Assembly: GCA_034211275.1 (NCBI GenBank)
Contig: JAXHTF010000008.1
Location: forward strand, 10,431-74,430
Length of the DNA: 64,000 nucleotides
Direction of reading: 5' to 3'
DNA from: Acidobacteriota bacterium
GTDB taxonomy: Bacteria > Acidobacteriota > Thermoanaerobaculia > Multivoradales > JAHZIX01
The first letter of the stretch is position 1. Each line of letters begins with the position of its first letter. Positions 17,502 through 25,908 of this stretch are shown piece by piece. Below the pieces are notes generated by a model that was given only the letters and a program-made list of their open reading frames with translations, had not been told where the DNA came from and ran no database searches. The position numbers and the translations under genes were made by a program.

Positions 17502-18263
17502 GTGCCCTCCACCCCCGCTCAAGAACCGGTGCTCATCACCCAGCCCTTGCTCGGAGCTCCCTCCCACCGCCGTTTCTGGGCCGGCGGCCGCACTCGGTGC
17601 TGGAATTGGAGCGTCTTGTTGCTCCTGGTGGGGCTGCTTCCCGGCTTCGCAGCCCAAGCGCTCCAAAGCAACGCTGGCGAGCTGCTCAGCGAAGAGGTCT
17701 ACGACGAGAGCTGGGCCCGTGGCCCGACCCGCTGGCTGCTGCTGCCGTCGGAGCAGCGCCAGGTTCGGCGCCTGCGGTCCGCCAGCGAGTGGGCGAAGTT
17801 CATCGACGCTTTCTGGAGACGCCGGGACCCCGCTCCCACCGAAGCCGGCAACCCTGCCCGCGACGACTTTCGGCGGCGGGTGCACGAGGCGGATACCCTC
17901 TTCACCGGCGAGCAGCGTGGCAGCCTGACACCCCAGGGACGCTCCTATCTCCTGCTCGGCGCCCCCAGCCATATCTCTCAGGAGTATCAGCCCGCACCCG
18001 GCTGGAATACCCGGCTGGCGGGCGGCGGAGGAGCGGCTACCACCGACCAGCTGTTGATCGAGATTTGGCGCTGGCGGCCGGAGGATTTGGCGCCGTCGCT
18101 CCGCGCGGAGCTGGCGCGGAAGAATTGGCGAATTCCCTTGGAGACGCGCTTCGTCGTTTCCTCTCAGGGGTATAAGCTGTTGGAAGGAGAAACTCTCTTG
18201 CGCCTGGCAACGCGCGCCCAGGTGTTGAGAGCTGAAGAGAGCGCGCCCAGCAATAGTCCCTGA
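17502..18263 (+). CDS. GWxTD-domain family protein (divergent), secreted
   Basis: Signal-peptide-like N-terminus. FWRRRDPAPTE motif plus GRSYLLLGAPSHI, resembling the FWxxRDP ... GWxTDRGRIYIIYGPP pattern of the GWxTD family, but the GW-TD motif itself is degenerate (GSLTPQGRSY). Confidence 0.4.
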   Translation: MPSTPAQEPVLITQPLLGAPSHRRFWAGGRTRCWNWSVLLLLVGLLPGFAAQALQSNAGELLSEEVYDESWARGPTRWLLLPSEQRQVRRLRSASEWAKFIDAFWRRRDPAPTEAGNPARDDFRRRVHEADTLFTGEQRGSLTPQGRSYLLLGAPSHISQEYQPAPGWNTRLAGGGGAATTDQLLIEIWRWRPEDLAPSLRAELARKNWRIPLETRFVVSSQGYKLLEGETLLRLATRAQVLRAEESAPSNSP

Positions 18264-18310
18264 CCCTCGGCCCCCCGCCGGCGCCCCCCCATCAGCGCCT
18301 GAAGGAGGAT

Positions 18311-19990
18311 TTGATGCTTCGTCTCTTGATTGCCTTCGTCGTTCTACTGGCCTCCTGTGCCAGTCCTCCACCGACCACCGAGCTCGCCGAAGAGAACGGC
18401 CAGATGCCACCCATCGCCAACGACATCGAAAGCCGTCTCGCCCAATTCGCCCCGGCGGAGCTCAAGGCCGACCTCTCCGCCCTTTCGGACGAAGATCGAC
18501 AGGTGCTGGGACTGCTCATCGACGCCGCCCACCACATGGACCGCATCTTCCTGCGCCAGGCATGGGCCGGGAATCCACAGATGCGGGACGCCATGGCCTC
18601 CTGGAGCGGCCCCGAAGCCGAGGCCGCGGAAAAATATTTCGCCATCAACTTCGGACCCTGGGACCGGCTAGCGGAACGCGAACCATTCATCGGCGATCGG
18701 TCCCATCCCTCCGGCGCCGGCTACTACCCGGAGGATATGAGCGCCGCGGACATGGAGCAGTGGCTGGCACAGAACCCCGAGGACCGGGAGAGCTTCGAGT
18801 CCCTCTTCACCCTGATTCGCCGGGGACCGGACGGAGGCTTGGTGGCGGTACCCTACGCCGAGGCCTATAAGGAGTTCCTCCAACCCGCTGCCGAGCTGCT
18901 GCGCCGCGCCGCCCAGACCACCACCAACGAGAGCCTGGCGCGCTTCCTCGAGCTGCGGGCGGTCGCCTTCGGCACCGACGATTACTACGAGAGCGATCTC
19001 GCCTGGATGGACTTGGACGCCCCGGTGGAAGTGACCATCGGCCCGTACGAGACGTATGAGGACGAGCTCTTCGGCTACAAGGCCGCCTTCGAGGCCTTCG
19101 TCACCGTGGCCTTGCCGGAGGAGTCGGCGGCCCTCGATCAATACAAGGCCAAGCTGCCGTGGCTGGAGCGCAACCTGCCCATCGCCGACGAGCACAAGAA
19201 TCTCAACCGCGGCTCCGAGAGCCCGATCCGAGTGGTGGACCTGGTGTTCAGCGGCGGCGATACCAAGGCCGGCGTTCAGACCATCGCCTACAACCTGCCC
19301 AACGACGAGCGGGTGCGCGAAGCCAAGGGCTCCAAGAAGGTCCTGCTGCGCAACATCATGCAGGCCAAATATGACCAGATCCTGGTGCCCATCGCCGAGC
19401 AGGTGCTGGCTCCGGAGGACGCCAGCCGGCTATCCTTCGACGCCTTCCGGGACGAGGTGCTGCACCACGAGCTCTCCCACGGCCTGGGGCCGGGCAAGAT
19501 CGTCCTCGACGGCCGGGAGACCGAGGTGCGCCTGGAGCTCAAGGAGCTCTACTCCACCCTCGAGGAGGCCAAGGCCGACGTCATGGGGATCTACAACATC
19601 CTCGCCCTCATCGACGACGGCGTGATGCCGGCGGAGCTCCGCGACACCCTGGAGCCCACCTATGTAGCCGGCCTGATCCGCTCCGCCCGCTTCGGCCTCG
19701 ACGAGGCCCACGGCCAGGGCACCGTGGCCCAGCTCAACTATCTGCTCGAAGAGGGCGCCCTCCGACTCGACGAGGAGGGACGGCTAGCGGCGGTGTCGGA
19801 GGCCTTCCCGGCGGCCATCGAAAAGCTCCTGGCGGAGATGCTGATGCTGCAGGCGACGGGCGACTACGAGGGCACCAAGGCCTTCCTCGACCGCTACGGC
19901 ATCGCCAGCGACGCCCTGCGCAATCTGGTGGGACGACTGGACAACGTGCCGGTGGACATCAAGCCGGTCTACCCGCCGCTGGAAGGTTAA
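18311..19990 (+). CDS. M49-like (dipeptidyl-peptidase III-like) zinc metallopeptidase lipoprotein with pentapeptide HELSH motif
   Basis: Lipobox LLASC. Zinc-binding HHELSHGLG (HExxH) followed ~30 aa later by EEAKADVMG, like the second zinc-ligand motif EE(A/C)(R/K)A(D/E) of DPP III-type enzymes. Confidence 0.5.
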   Translation: MMLRLLIAFVVLLASCASPPPTTELAEENGQMPPIANDIESRLAQFAPAELKADLSALSDEDRQVLGLLIDAAHHMDRIFLRQAWAGNPQMRDAMASWSGPEAEAAEKYFAINFGPWDRLAEREPFIGDRSHPSGAGYYPEDMSAADMEQWLAQNPEDRESFESLFTLIRRGPDGGLVAVPYAEAYKEFLQPAAELLRRAAQTTTNESLARFLELRAVAFGTDDYYESDLAWMDLDAPVEVTIGPYETYEDELFGYKAAFEAFVTVALPEESAALDQYKAKLPWLERNLPIADEHKNLNRGSESPIRVVDLVFSGGDTKAGVQTIAYNLPNDERVREAKGSKKVLLRNIMQAKYDQILVPIAEQVLAPEDASRLSFDAFRDEVLHHELSHGLGPGKIVLDGRETEVRLELKELYSTLEEAKADVMGIYNILALIDDGVMPAELRDTLEPTYVAGLIRSARFGLDEAHGQGTVAQLNYLLEEGALRLDEEGRLAAVSEAFPAAIEKLLAEMLMLQATGDYEGTKAFLDRYGIASDALRNLVGRLDNVPVDIKPVYPPLEG

Positions 19991-19996
19991 AACCCC

Positions 19997-21265
19997 TCAG
20001 CGCTGGTGAACCACTTCCCCGGCCTTGACCACCGCCACCACCGGATCCACCCCGAAATGGTAGGCCAGGTGGTCGAGGTTGGGGCCTTCGAGGAGCACTG
20101 CGTCGGCGCTCTTGCCCTCGTCGAGGCTGCCCACCTGATCCCCCAGGCCGAGCACACAGGCGGCGTTGAGGGTGGCGGCGGTGAGGCATTCGTCCACCGA
20201 TAGATCGAGGCGGAAGATCCCCAGCCAGAGGATCATGGGCATGGACTCGGTGTGGCTCGAGCCCGGATTGCAGTCCGTGGCCAGGACCACCGGCACTCCT
20301 TCCGCCACCAGGCGGCGGGCCGGAGCGAAGTCGGTCTTGCGCAGGAAGAAGCTGACGCCGGGGAGCAGCACCGCCGCCACTCCGGCGGCGGCCATGGCCT
20401 CGATGCCGCGCTGGGACACCGCCACCACGTGATCGGCGGAAGCGGCGCCCAGCTCCGCCGCCAACTCCGCGCCGCCGGAATCGACGAATTCATCGGCGTG
20501 GAGCCGCGGCGTGAGGCCGTAGCGCTTGCCCGCCTCGAGCACCCGCCGGGCATCGTCCACCTCGTAGACCCCGCGTTCGCAGAAGACATCGCAGAATCGG
20601 GCCAGCCCCGCCTCCGCCGCTGCCGGCGTGATCTCCTCGCACACTTTGCGCACGTAGGTCTCGCGGTCCTCGCGGTGCTCCGGAGGAAATTCGTGGGCCG
20701 CCAGCAAGGTGGGCACCACGTCCATGGGGTGCTCCGCCGCCGCGCGCTGAATCGCCCGCAGCTGCTTGAGCTCGGTCTCCAGGTCCAGCCCGTAGCCGCT
20801 CTTGGCCTCAGCGGTGGTGGTGCCATAGCGCATCATGCGGTCCAGCCGGCGTCGGGTGTTGGCCACCAGCTCTTCTTCGTCGGCCTCGCGGGTGGCAGCG
20901 ACGGTGGACAGAATACCGCCCCCGGCGGCGGCGATTTCCTGATACGTCGCACCGCCGAGACGCGCTCGCAGCTCGTGCTCGCGGCTCCCGGCCCAGGGAA
21001 GGTGAGTGTGACAATCCACCCAGCCGGGCACCAGAGTACCGCCGCCACCGTCGAGGCGCTGCGCCTCCGGCAGGTCGCCAAAGCGCTCCTTCCGCTCCTC
21101 CGGTGAGCCGACGAAGGCGATACGGCCGTCCCGGCACAGCACCTCGGCACCGGCCAAACGCTCCACCGCACCCTGCTCGCCGGCGACGAGGGGCTCGTTG
21201 CCGTGGGGGGTGGCGACCTCGGAGAGGTTGTGGATCAGAAGGTCTTTGGTCTTCATGCTGGTCAC
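19997..21265 (-). CDS. hutI: imidazolonepropionase
   Basis: Amidohydrolase fold with VDCHTHLPWAG metal-binding motif. Full-length similarity pattern to HutI (...LHADEF..., ...ATDCNPGSS...). Confidence 0.9.
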   Translation of the reverse strand: MTSMKTKDLLIHNLSEVATPHGNEPLVAGEQGAVERLAGAEVLCRDGRIAFVGSPEERKERFGDLPEAQRLDGGGGTLVPGWVDCHTHLPWAGSREHELRARLGGATYQEIAAAGGGILSTVAATREADEEELVANTRRRLDRMMRYGTTTAEAKSGYGLDLETELKQLRAIQRAAAEHPMDVVPTLLAAHEFPPEHREDRETYVRKVCEEITPAAAEAGLARFCDVFCERGVYEVDDARRVLEAGKRYGLTPRLHADEFVDSGGAELAAELGAASADHVVAVSQRGIEAMAAAGVAAVLLPGVSFFLRKTDFAPARRLVAEGVPVVLATDCNPGSSHTESMPMILWLGIFRLDLSVDECLTAATLNAACVLGLGDQVGSLDEGKSADAVLLEGPNLDHLAYHFGVDPVVAVVKAGEVVHQR

Positions 21266-21275
21266 TCCTTGCCCG

Positions 21276-21968
21276 TCACGGCTTGTTGGGGGGCTCGAGC
21301 CCTACCTTGGCGCGCCCCAAATCCCGCACCTGCTGCTGAATCCAGGACTCCACCGCCGACCACTCCGGCGCCTCGCCGACGGTGGGCGACGCCGCTTCTC
21401 CGCGGGCCAGCTCAAGATCCGCCAGTCCCTTCAAAGCCTGCAGCGGAAAGTCCCGCACGTGGCCGAATTTATCCGGCGAGCGCTCCAGCAGATGCCCCAG
21501 AGGGACCCGCTGGCACAACAGATAGAGGTCGGTGAAATCCCGGCGAGTGCCGCGGCTGATGATCGCCGCGATCTTCATCAAGCCCAAATCCACCGACGAG
21601 GCCACGGCGAGGCCGCCGTAGAAGCGCTCCGGGTCGATGAGGGGGTAGGGGTAGTAAAAGACTTTCAACCCGGTCCCGTCGCCGAGACGAGCGTAGAGGT
21701 AGCCGTTGCGGGCGGTTTCCACCCGAGTGCCGGCGTCCAGCTCCAAGAGGTCTCCCAGCAGATCGCGGCGCTTCTGGGGCGTCAGCCGATTGCCCGCCGC
21801 CATCAGGTCGAGACTGCGCGGCTCGCGATGGCCCAGATAGAGGGAAAGGGCGGCGGTACCGGCGAGATAGACATCCTGGGCCCAGGCTCGGCCGGCGAGG
21901 ATCTCCAAACGCCGCTCTAAGGTCTCGTCGGGATAGGCGATTTCTGGCATTGGGAAGTCCGGGTTCAT
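21276..21968 (-). CDS. AbiEii/DUF1814-like nucleotidyltransferase (putative type IV TA toxin / abortive-infection protein)
   Basis: N-terminal NTase signature VYLAGTAALSLYLGHREPRSLDL, fitting the hGGTAL..hG.R.S.DLD pattern of AbiEii/AbiGii proteins. 230 aa. Lies 10 nt upstream of the hutI start on the same strand. Confidence 0.45.
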   Translation of the reverse strand: MNPDFPMPEIAYPDETLERRLEILAGRAWAQDVYLAGTAALSLYLGHREPRSLDLMAAGNRLTPQKRRDLLGDLLELDAGTRVETARNGYLYARLGDGTGLKVFYYPYPLIDPERFYGGLAVASSVDLGLMKIAAIISRGTRRDFTDLYLLCQRVPLGHLLERSPDKFGHVRDFPLQALKGLADLELARGEAASPTVGEAPEWSAVESWIQQQVRDLGRAKVGLEPPNKP

Positions 21969-21981
21969 CGATGCTTCGGGG

Positions 21982-22287
21982 TCAGAGATTCCACAGCGCT
22001 TCCTCCAGCTCCGCAGCCGGGCTCGGGGCCGCGCCCAGCACCAGCTGCCAGAACCGCCGGCTGCGGGGGGAGAGCTGGCGACCGCCGCGGGTTTCGAGCC
22101 AGCGACGAAGCTCGGTCTCGTCCAGGGTTTGCGTCAGCCAGCGGAGATCCGCCTCTTCCCCTTCCTCGAGAATCCTCGCCACCACCAGAGGGTTGGCCGG
22201 CTCGGAGAGCAGACCGGCGGCGGGGCCGGGAAAGAGTCGCCCCAAGCCGGGGGGCGCGCTGGACGGCAGACCGGGCGGCGAAGTCAC
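21982..22287 (-). CDS. small hypothetical protein, candidate cognate partner (antitoxin?) of the AbiEii-like NTase
   Basis: 102 codons. The GTG start forms a GTGA overlap with the yggS stop. Ends 13 nt before the NTase start. Codon third positions are GC-rich. No recognisable domain. Confidence 0.3.
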   Translation of the reverse strand: MTSPPGLPSSAPPGLGRLFPGPAAGLLSEPANPLVVARILEEGEEADLRWLTQTLDETELRRWLETRGGRQLSPRSRRFWQLVLGAAPSPAAELEEALWNL

Positions 22288-23063
22288 AAGCCGCTTTCGG
22301 GGCTGGCGGCGGGACGGGGACCGAACAGCGCAGTACCCACCCGCACGTGGGTCGCCCCTTCCTCGATGGCGATCTCGAAATCGGCGCTCATGCCCATGGA
22401 CAACCAGCCCGGGCACTTCTCCCAGCCCGGCTCTGCCAGCAGCTGGTCGCGCAGCTCCGCGAGGCGCCGGAACCAGCCCCGGGCCTGGGCCTCAGGGTCT
22501 GGGGCGTCAGGGTCCGAGGAACCCTCCTCCGGCTGCGGCGGAATGGCCATCAGGCCGACGATCTCCAGGTGCTCGAACTCCCGGAGCTGCGGAGCCGCCT
22601 CCAAGATCCCGCTGGGAGAAAAGCCGTGCTTGCTCTCCTCCTCTCCCAGGTTGACCTCCAAGAAGCAGCGCAGGCGGCGCGCTTTGGCCTCTGGCCGGGC
22701 CTCCTCTTCCTGGGCTGCGAAGTCCCGATCCAGCCGGCGGGCGATTTTCAGGCGGTCCACCGAATGCACGACCTGGAAGAGCTGCGCCGCCCGCTTGGTC
22801 TTGTTGCTCTGCAGCGGACCGATGAGGTGCCACTCCACCCCATCGGGCATGTGCGGCACCTTGTCCTCGGCCTCCTGGACGCGGTTCTCTCCGAAGACCC
22901 GCAACCCCGCTTCCCAGGCTTCCTGAAGCTTGGTCAGGGGCTGCAGCTTGCTCACCCCGACCAGGGTCACCTCTTCTCGACGGCGACCGGCGCGCTGGCA
23001 GGCCTGGAGGATGCGCTCTTCGATGGCGGCCAGGCGCTGAGGGATGGTTTCGGGGGTTTGCAT
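22284..23063 (-). CDS. yggS: pyridoxal-phosphate homeostasis protein YggS (alanine racemase N-terminal domain family)
   Basis: VSKLQP...HLIGPLQSNK ... GATHVRVGTALFG pattern of the YggS/PLPHP family. About 259 aa. Confidence 0.85.
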   Translation of the reverse strand: MQTPETIPQRLAAIEERILQACQRAGRRREEVTLVGVSKLQPLTKLQEAWEAGLRVFGENRVQEAEDKVPHMPDGVEWHLIGPLQSNKTKRAAQLFQVVHSVDRLKIARRLDRDFAAQEEEARPEAKARRLRCFLEVNLGEEESKHGFSPSGILEAAPQLREFEHLEIVGLMAIPPQPEEGSSDPDAPDPEAQARGWFRRLAELRDQLLAEPGWEKCPGWLSMGMSADFEIAIEEGATHVRVGTALFGPRPAASPESGL

Positions 23064-23186
23064 AATGGGTCCAAGGGCAGGAGATGACTAGCCCCAAACC
23101 CTAGAGCCCGAAACCTAGGCTCGGCTCCCTTCGATGGGGCTTCGGCGACCTAGGGATCGGGATCTGGGGAGCAGGATCTGGGGAGC

Positions 23187-23945
23187 TCAGCCCTGTTCTT
23201 CTTCCTCGACCTCCGGTGGCACGTAGAGGATGCGCTTGCAGCTGTCACAGAGCATCAGGGTGTTGTTGCGCCGGACTTCCACCACCACCTGGGGGCGGAC
23301 GTTGAAGTTGCAGCGCCCACAATGCCAAGCCTGAGGGCCCTTGCGGTTGGTCTCCAAACGCTGGATGGGCGCCAGAGCATCGCCGCCGAGGCGCGCGGCA
23401 ACCCGGTCGTATTGCACCAGATAGGGGCGCGGAATCTCTTGCCGCAGCTCCGCGATCTGCTTCTCCAGGGCTTCGGCCTGAGCCTGCACCGCGGGCTTCT
23501 CCGCCTCCCATTTCGACAGCTCTTGCGAGTAGCGGTCGTCCAGTTCTTGGAATTGCTCGCGTTGCTCTTCGAGGTCCTCGAGAGCCTTCTCCCGCTGCTC
23601 GAGGCTGGCCAATCCCTGCTCCTCGAGCTCGGTGATGCGCCGCTTGGCGGCATCGATTTCCTGGAGCAGAGCTCCGTACTCGCGTTGGGTGGTGACCTGG
23701 TTGATTTGGGTTTGATAGCGCTGCAGCTTGGTTTGATTCTCTTCGATCTCACCTTCCGCCGCCCGGCGCTCGCGGGCGGCTTCCTCGGCGACTTCTTCCA
23801 AAGCATCGATCTCGGCCTTGCGGCTGGAGTGCTCGTCGTGCAGCTCGCGCATCCAATCCGGGATCCCCGACAGACGTTCTTGGGCTTGGGCAAGCTCGTC
23901 GACGGCGCCCTGGAGCGCGACAATCCGATCCAGGAGCTGACTCAT
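23187..23945 (-). CDS. C4-type zinc-ribbon coiled-coil protein (COG1579/DUF164 family)
   Basis: Long coiled coil followed by a C-terminal CGRC...CDSC zinc ribbon. Start taken at MSQLLDRIV (ATG at 23945); the longer ORF upstream lacks support. Confidence 0.65.
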   Translation of the reverse strand: MSQLLDRIVALQGAVDELAQAQERLSGIPDWMRELHDEHSSRKAEIDALEEVAEEAARERRAAEGEIEENQTKLQRYQTQINQVTTQREYGALLQEIDAAKRRITELEEQGLASLEQREKALEDLEEQREQFQELDDRYSQELSKWEAEKPAVQAQAEALEKQIAELRQEIPRPYLVQYDRVAARLGGDALAPIQRLETNRKGPQAWHCGRCNFNVRPQVVVEVRRNNTLMLCDSCKRILYVPPEVEEEEQG

Positions 23946-24108
23946 TTCGTGGGCTCCAGTCGAGTAAGAGGTGGGGTAACGGGATGAGAGACGGGCGGGC
24001 GGAGGCGGGCTGCAGGTGGGTTCTCGGCACCGGTGCACGTCTCCTGCGACCTGCCCCGGAGCGTAGATTGTTCGTCGAGCACCACCTTCTTTAGACCCTC
24101 TGCCAGAG

Positions 24109-24181
24109 TGGGTCCACCAGGATTTGAACCTGGGACCTGCCGGTTATGAGCCGGTTGCTCTAACCGCTGAGCTATGGACCC
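24109..24181 (-). tRNA. tRNA-Met (anticodon CAU; could alternatively be a tRNA-Ile2 lysidine type)
   Basis: Reverse complement GGGTCCATAGCTCAGCGGTTAGAGCAACCGGCTCATAACCGGCAGGTCCCAGGTTCAAATCCTGGTGGACCCA folds as a cloverleaf: 7-bp acceptor stem, CAT anticodon in a 7-nt loop, T-loop GGTTCAAATCC. CCA is not encoded. Confidence 0.8.
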
Positions 24182-24289
24182 TGAAAGCTCCCTTGCGGGA
24201 GCCTGAGAGTATAGCACCGGCAGCGCCCCAGGGGCAGGCCGCGGCCAGGCTTGCAGCAAGGCCCGCGGCGGGGCATCGGAAGAGAACCT

Positions 24290-25774
24290 TCAGGGCGCGG
24301 GAGGAGAGGCGAGCGATCGCTGGCGCAGGACTTGTTCCGGCGGCTGCTCGCTTTCCTGGAACGATCGCCACCGGCGCTCCAGCTCCGCCGCCAGCGCGTT
24401 GCGGGCAGCCTCGTCGGGCACCGCCTCGACTCCCTCCGGACCCCACCGCAGCAGCCGCTGACGCACCGTCGACTCGGAGCCGCCGGAGAACGGTGGCGTG
24501 ACCAGGAAAGTGCGGTAAACGCGATCCAGGAGCTCGGCGGCGGGCTCGGCGAGGGGGCGCTGGAGGCGGCCGCCGGCGAGAGCCCGGCGAGCCCGGTAAA
24601 AGTCCGGCTCACGGGCGAATCGCACGGTGCGCAGCAGCTGGAGGTCTCCTTGGAGCCAGGAGAACCGATTGGCACCGTCGCTCAGATAGAGCTCCGACAG
24701 TACGCCGGGAGGAGCCTGGTGAAAGAGGCTGGGAGCGACCGACGGACCGGGCATGCCGCCGGCGTGCTCCACCAGAGTCGCCCACAACCGCGTCGCCGCC
24801 ACCGGCTCGCCGGGCTGCAGCCGAAGGGTGTGAGGAGACCCCTTGGGCAGCTTGAGGATCATGGGTACCCGCAGGCTCTCCGGCATCAGATTGTTGGCGT
24901 GCCCCATCTGGCCGTGCTCACCGATTTCCTCCCCGTGAGCCGAGACCACGGCCACCAAGGACCGATCCCACTGACCGCTTTCCCGCAGCCCCCGCAGCAA
25001 CCGCTGGACCCGCAGATCCAGCAGCGCCACCTCACCTCGATAGAGAGCCAAGATCCGCTGGCGCCAATCCTCCGACAGCTGCACCCGGGGACTGCGGTAG
25101 AGCTCCAGCTGAAGCGCCGAGAGCTCCTTCGGCAGGTCGTCGGGCAGCGGACCGAGCTGCGGCCGCAGGCGGTCGCGGATGCGCAGAGGCGGGCTCGGAG
25201 CGTCGACGTGGATCCAGAAGAAGGAAGGGCCGGGCTCGAGGCTGGCCAGGTGCCCGGCGGCCTTACCGCCGCGGTTGAGGCCACGGTAGTAATCGAAGCC
25301 CTGCTCGTAACCGAGACCCTGGGGATACCAATGGCCGGAGACATAGGCGGTGGTGGTGTAGCCGCGTTCCCGCAGGGCCTCCGCCAGCGTGGTCACAGCG
25401 GAGGACAACCGGGGTTGCTCCGGATGCAAGGCCTGGTGCAGCCACGGGGTCAGGCCGGTGAGCAGGCCAGCGGTGGCGGGAATCGAAGCGCTGGAGCTGG
25501 CGATGGCGGTTCCCGCCCAGTCCGCCTCCGCCACCAGGGCGTCGAGATGCGGAGTGAGGTCGAGACCCGCCGCCACGGGACCGGAAGTGCCGGTCTCGGC
25601 CAGCGCACCGACGGCGTCGGCGCGCAGAGCGTCGACGGTGATCAGCAGGATGGGGCCTTGGGTCGCCGCGGGATCCGGCGGCGCCAGATGGTCCGCCCCC
25701 TGGCAGGCGAGAAAGCCTGCCGCAGCGATCAACAAACACGCGAAGAAAGCTCCGCCGAAGGAGTGACCGGACAT
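24290..25774 (-). CDS. sulfatase-like (alkaline-phosphatase superfamily) secreted protein with non-canonical active-site motif
   Basis: ILLITVDALRADAVG matches the sulfatase N-terminal metal-binding signature. The position of the C/S-x-P-x-R formylglycine motif reads SSSASIPATAG, with no Arg. Confidence 0.65.
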   Translation of the reverse strand: MSGHSFGGAFFACLLIAAAGFLACQGADHLAPPDPAATQGPILLITVDALRADAVGALAETGTSGPVAAGLDLTPHLDALVAEADWAGTAIASSSASIPATAGLLTGLTPWLHQALHPEQPRLSSAVTTLAEALRERGYTTTAYVSGHWYPQGLGYEQGFDYYRGLNRGGKAAGHLASLEPGPSFFWIHVDAPSPPLRIRDRLRPQLGPLPDDLPKELSALQLELYRSPRVQLSEDWRQRILALYRGEVALLDLRVQRLLRGLRESGQWDRSLVAVVSAHGEEIGEHGQMGHANNLMPESLRVPMILKLPKGSPHTLRLQPGEPVAATRLWATLVEHAGGMPGPSVAPSLFHQAPPGVLSELYLSDGANRFSWLQGDLQLLRTVRFAREPDFYRARRALAGGRLQRPLAEPAAELLDRVYRTFLVTPPFSGGSESTVRQRLLRWGPEGVEAVPDEAARNALAAELERRWRSFQESEQPPEQVLRQRSLASPPAP

Positions 25775-25908
25775 CTATCGTAGGGAAGCCGCAGAGCGTT
25801 GCACCGGTGGGCGGGATGCCAGCGGGCAGGGCGCCAGTGGATAACGTCTTGGGCGCCGCTGGATGGGGCGGCGCTGGGCTGAACGGCGCGCCCTTGGGCG
25901 GTGGCCGC

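Noticed and set aside
23942-24259. 105-aa ORF on the minus strand
   Set aside because: It completely overlaps the tRNA-Met gene (24109-24181) and its leader. It is a GC-rich open frame, not a gene.
24251-25783. 510-aa plus-strand ORF antisense to the sulfatase-like gene
   Set aside because: Its composition is R/G/P/Q-rich with no motifs. The minus-strand frame carries the sulfatase metal-binding motif.
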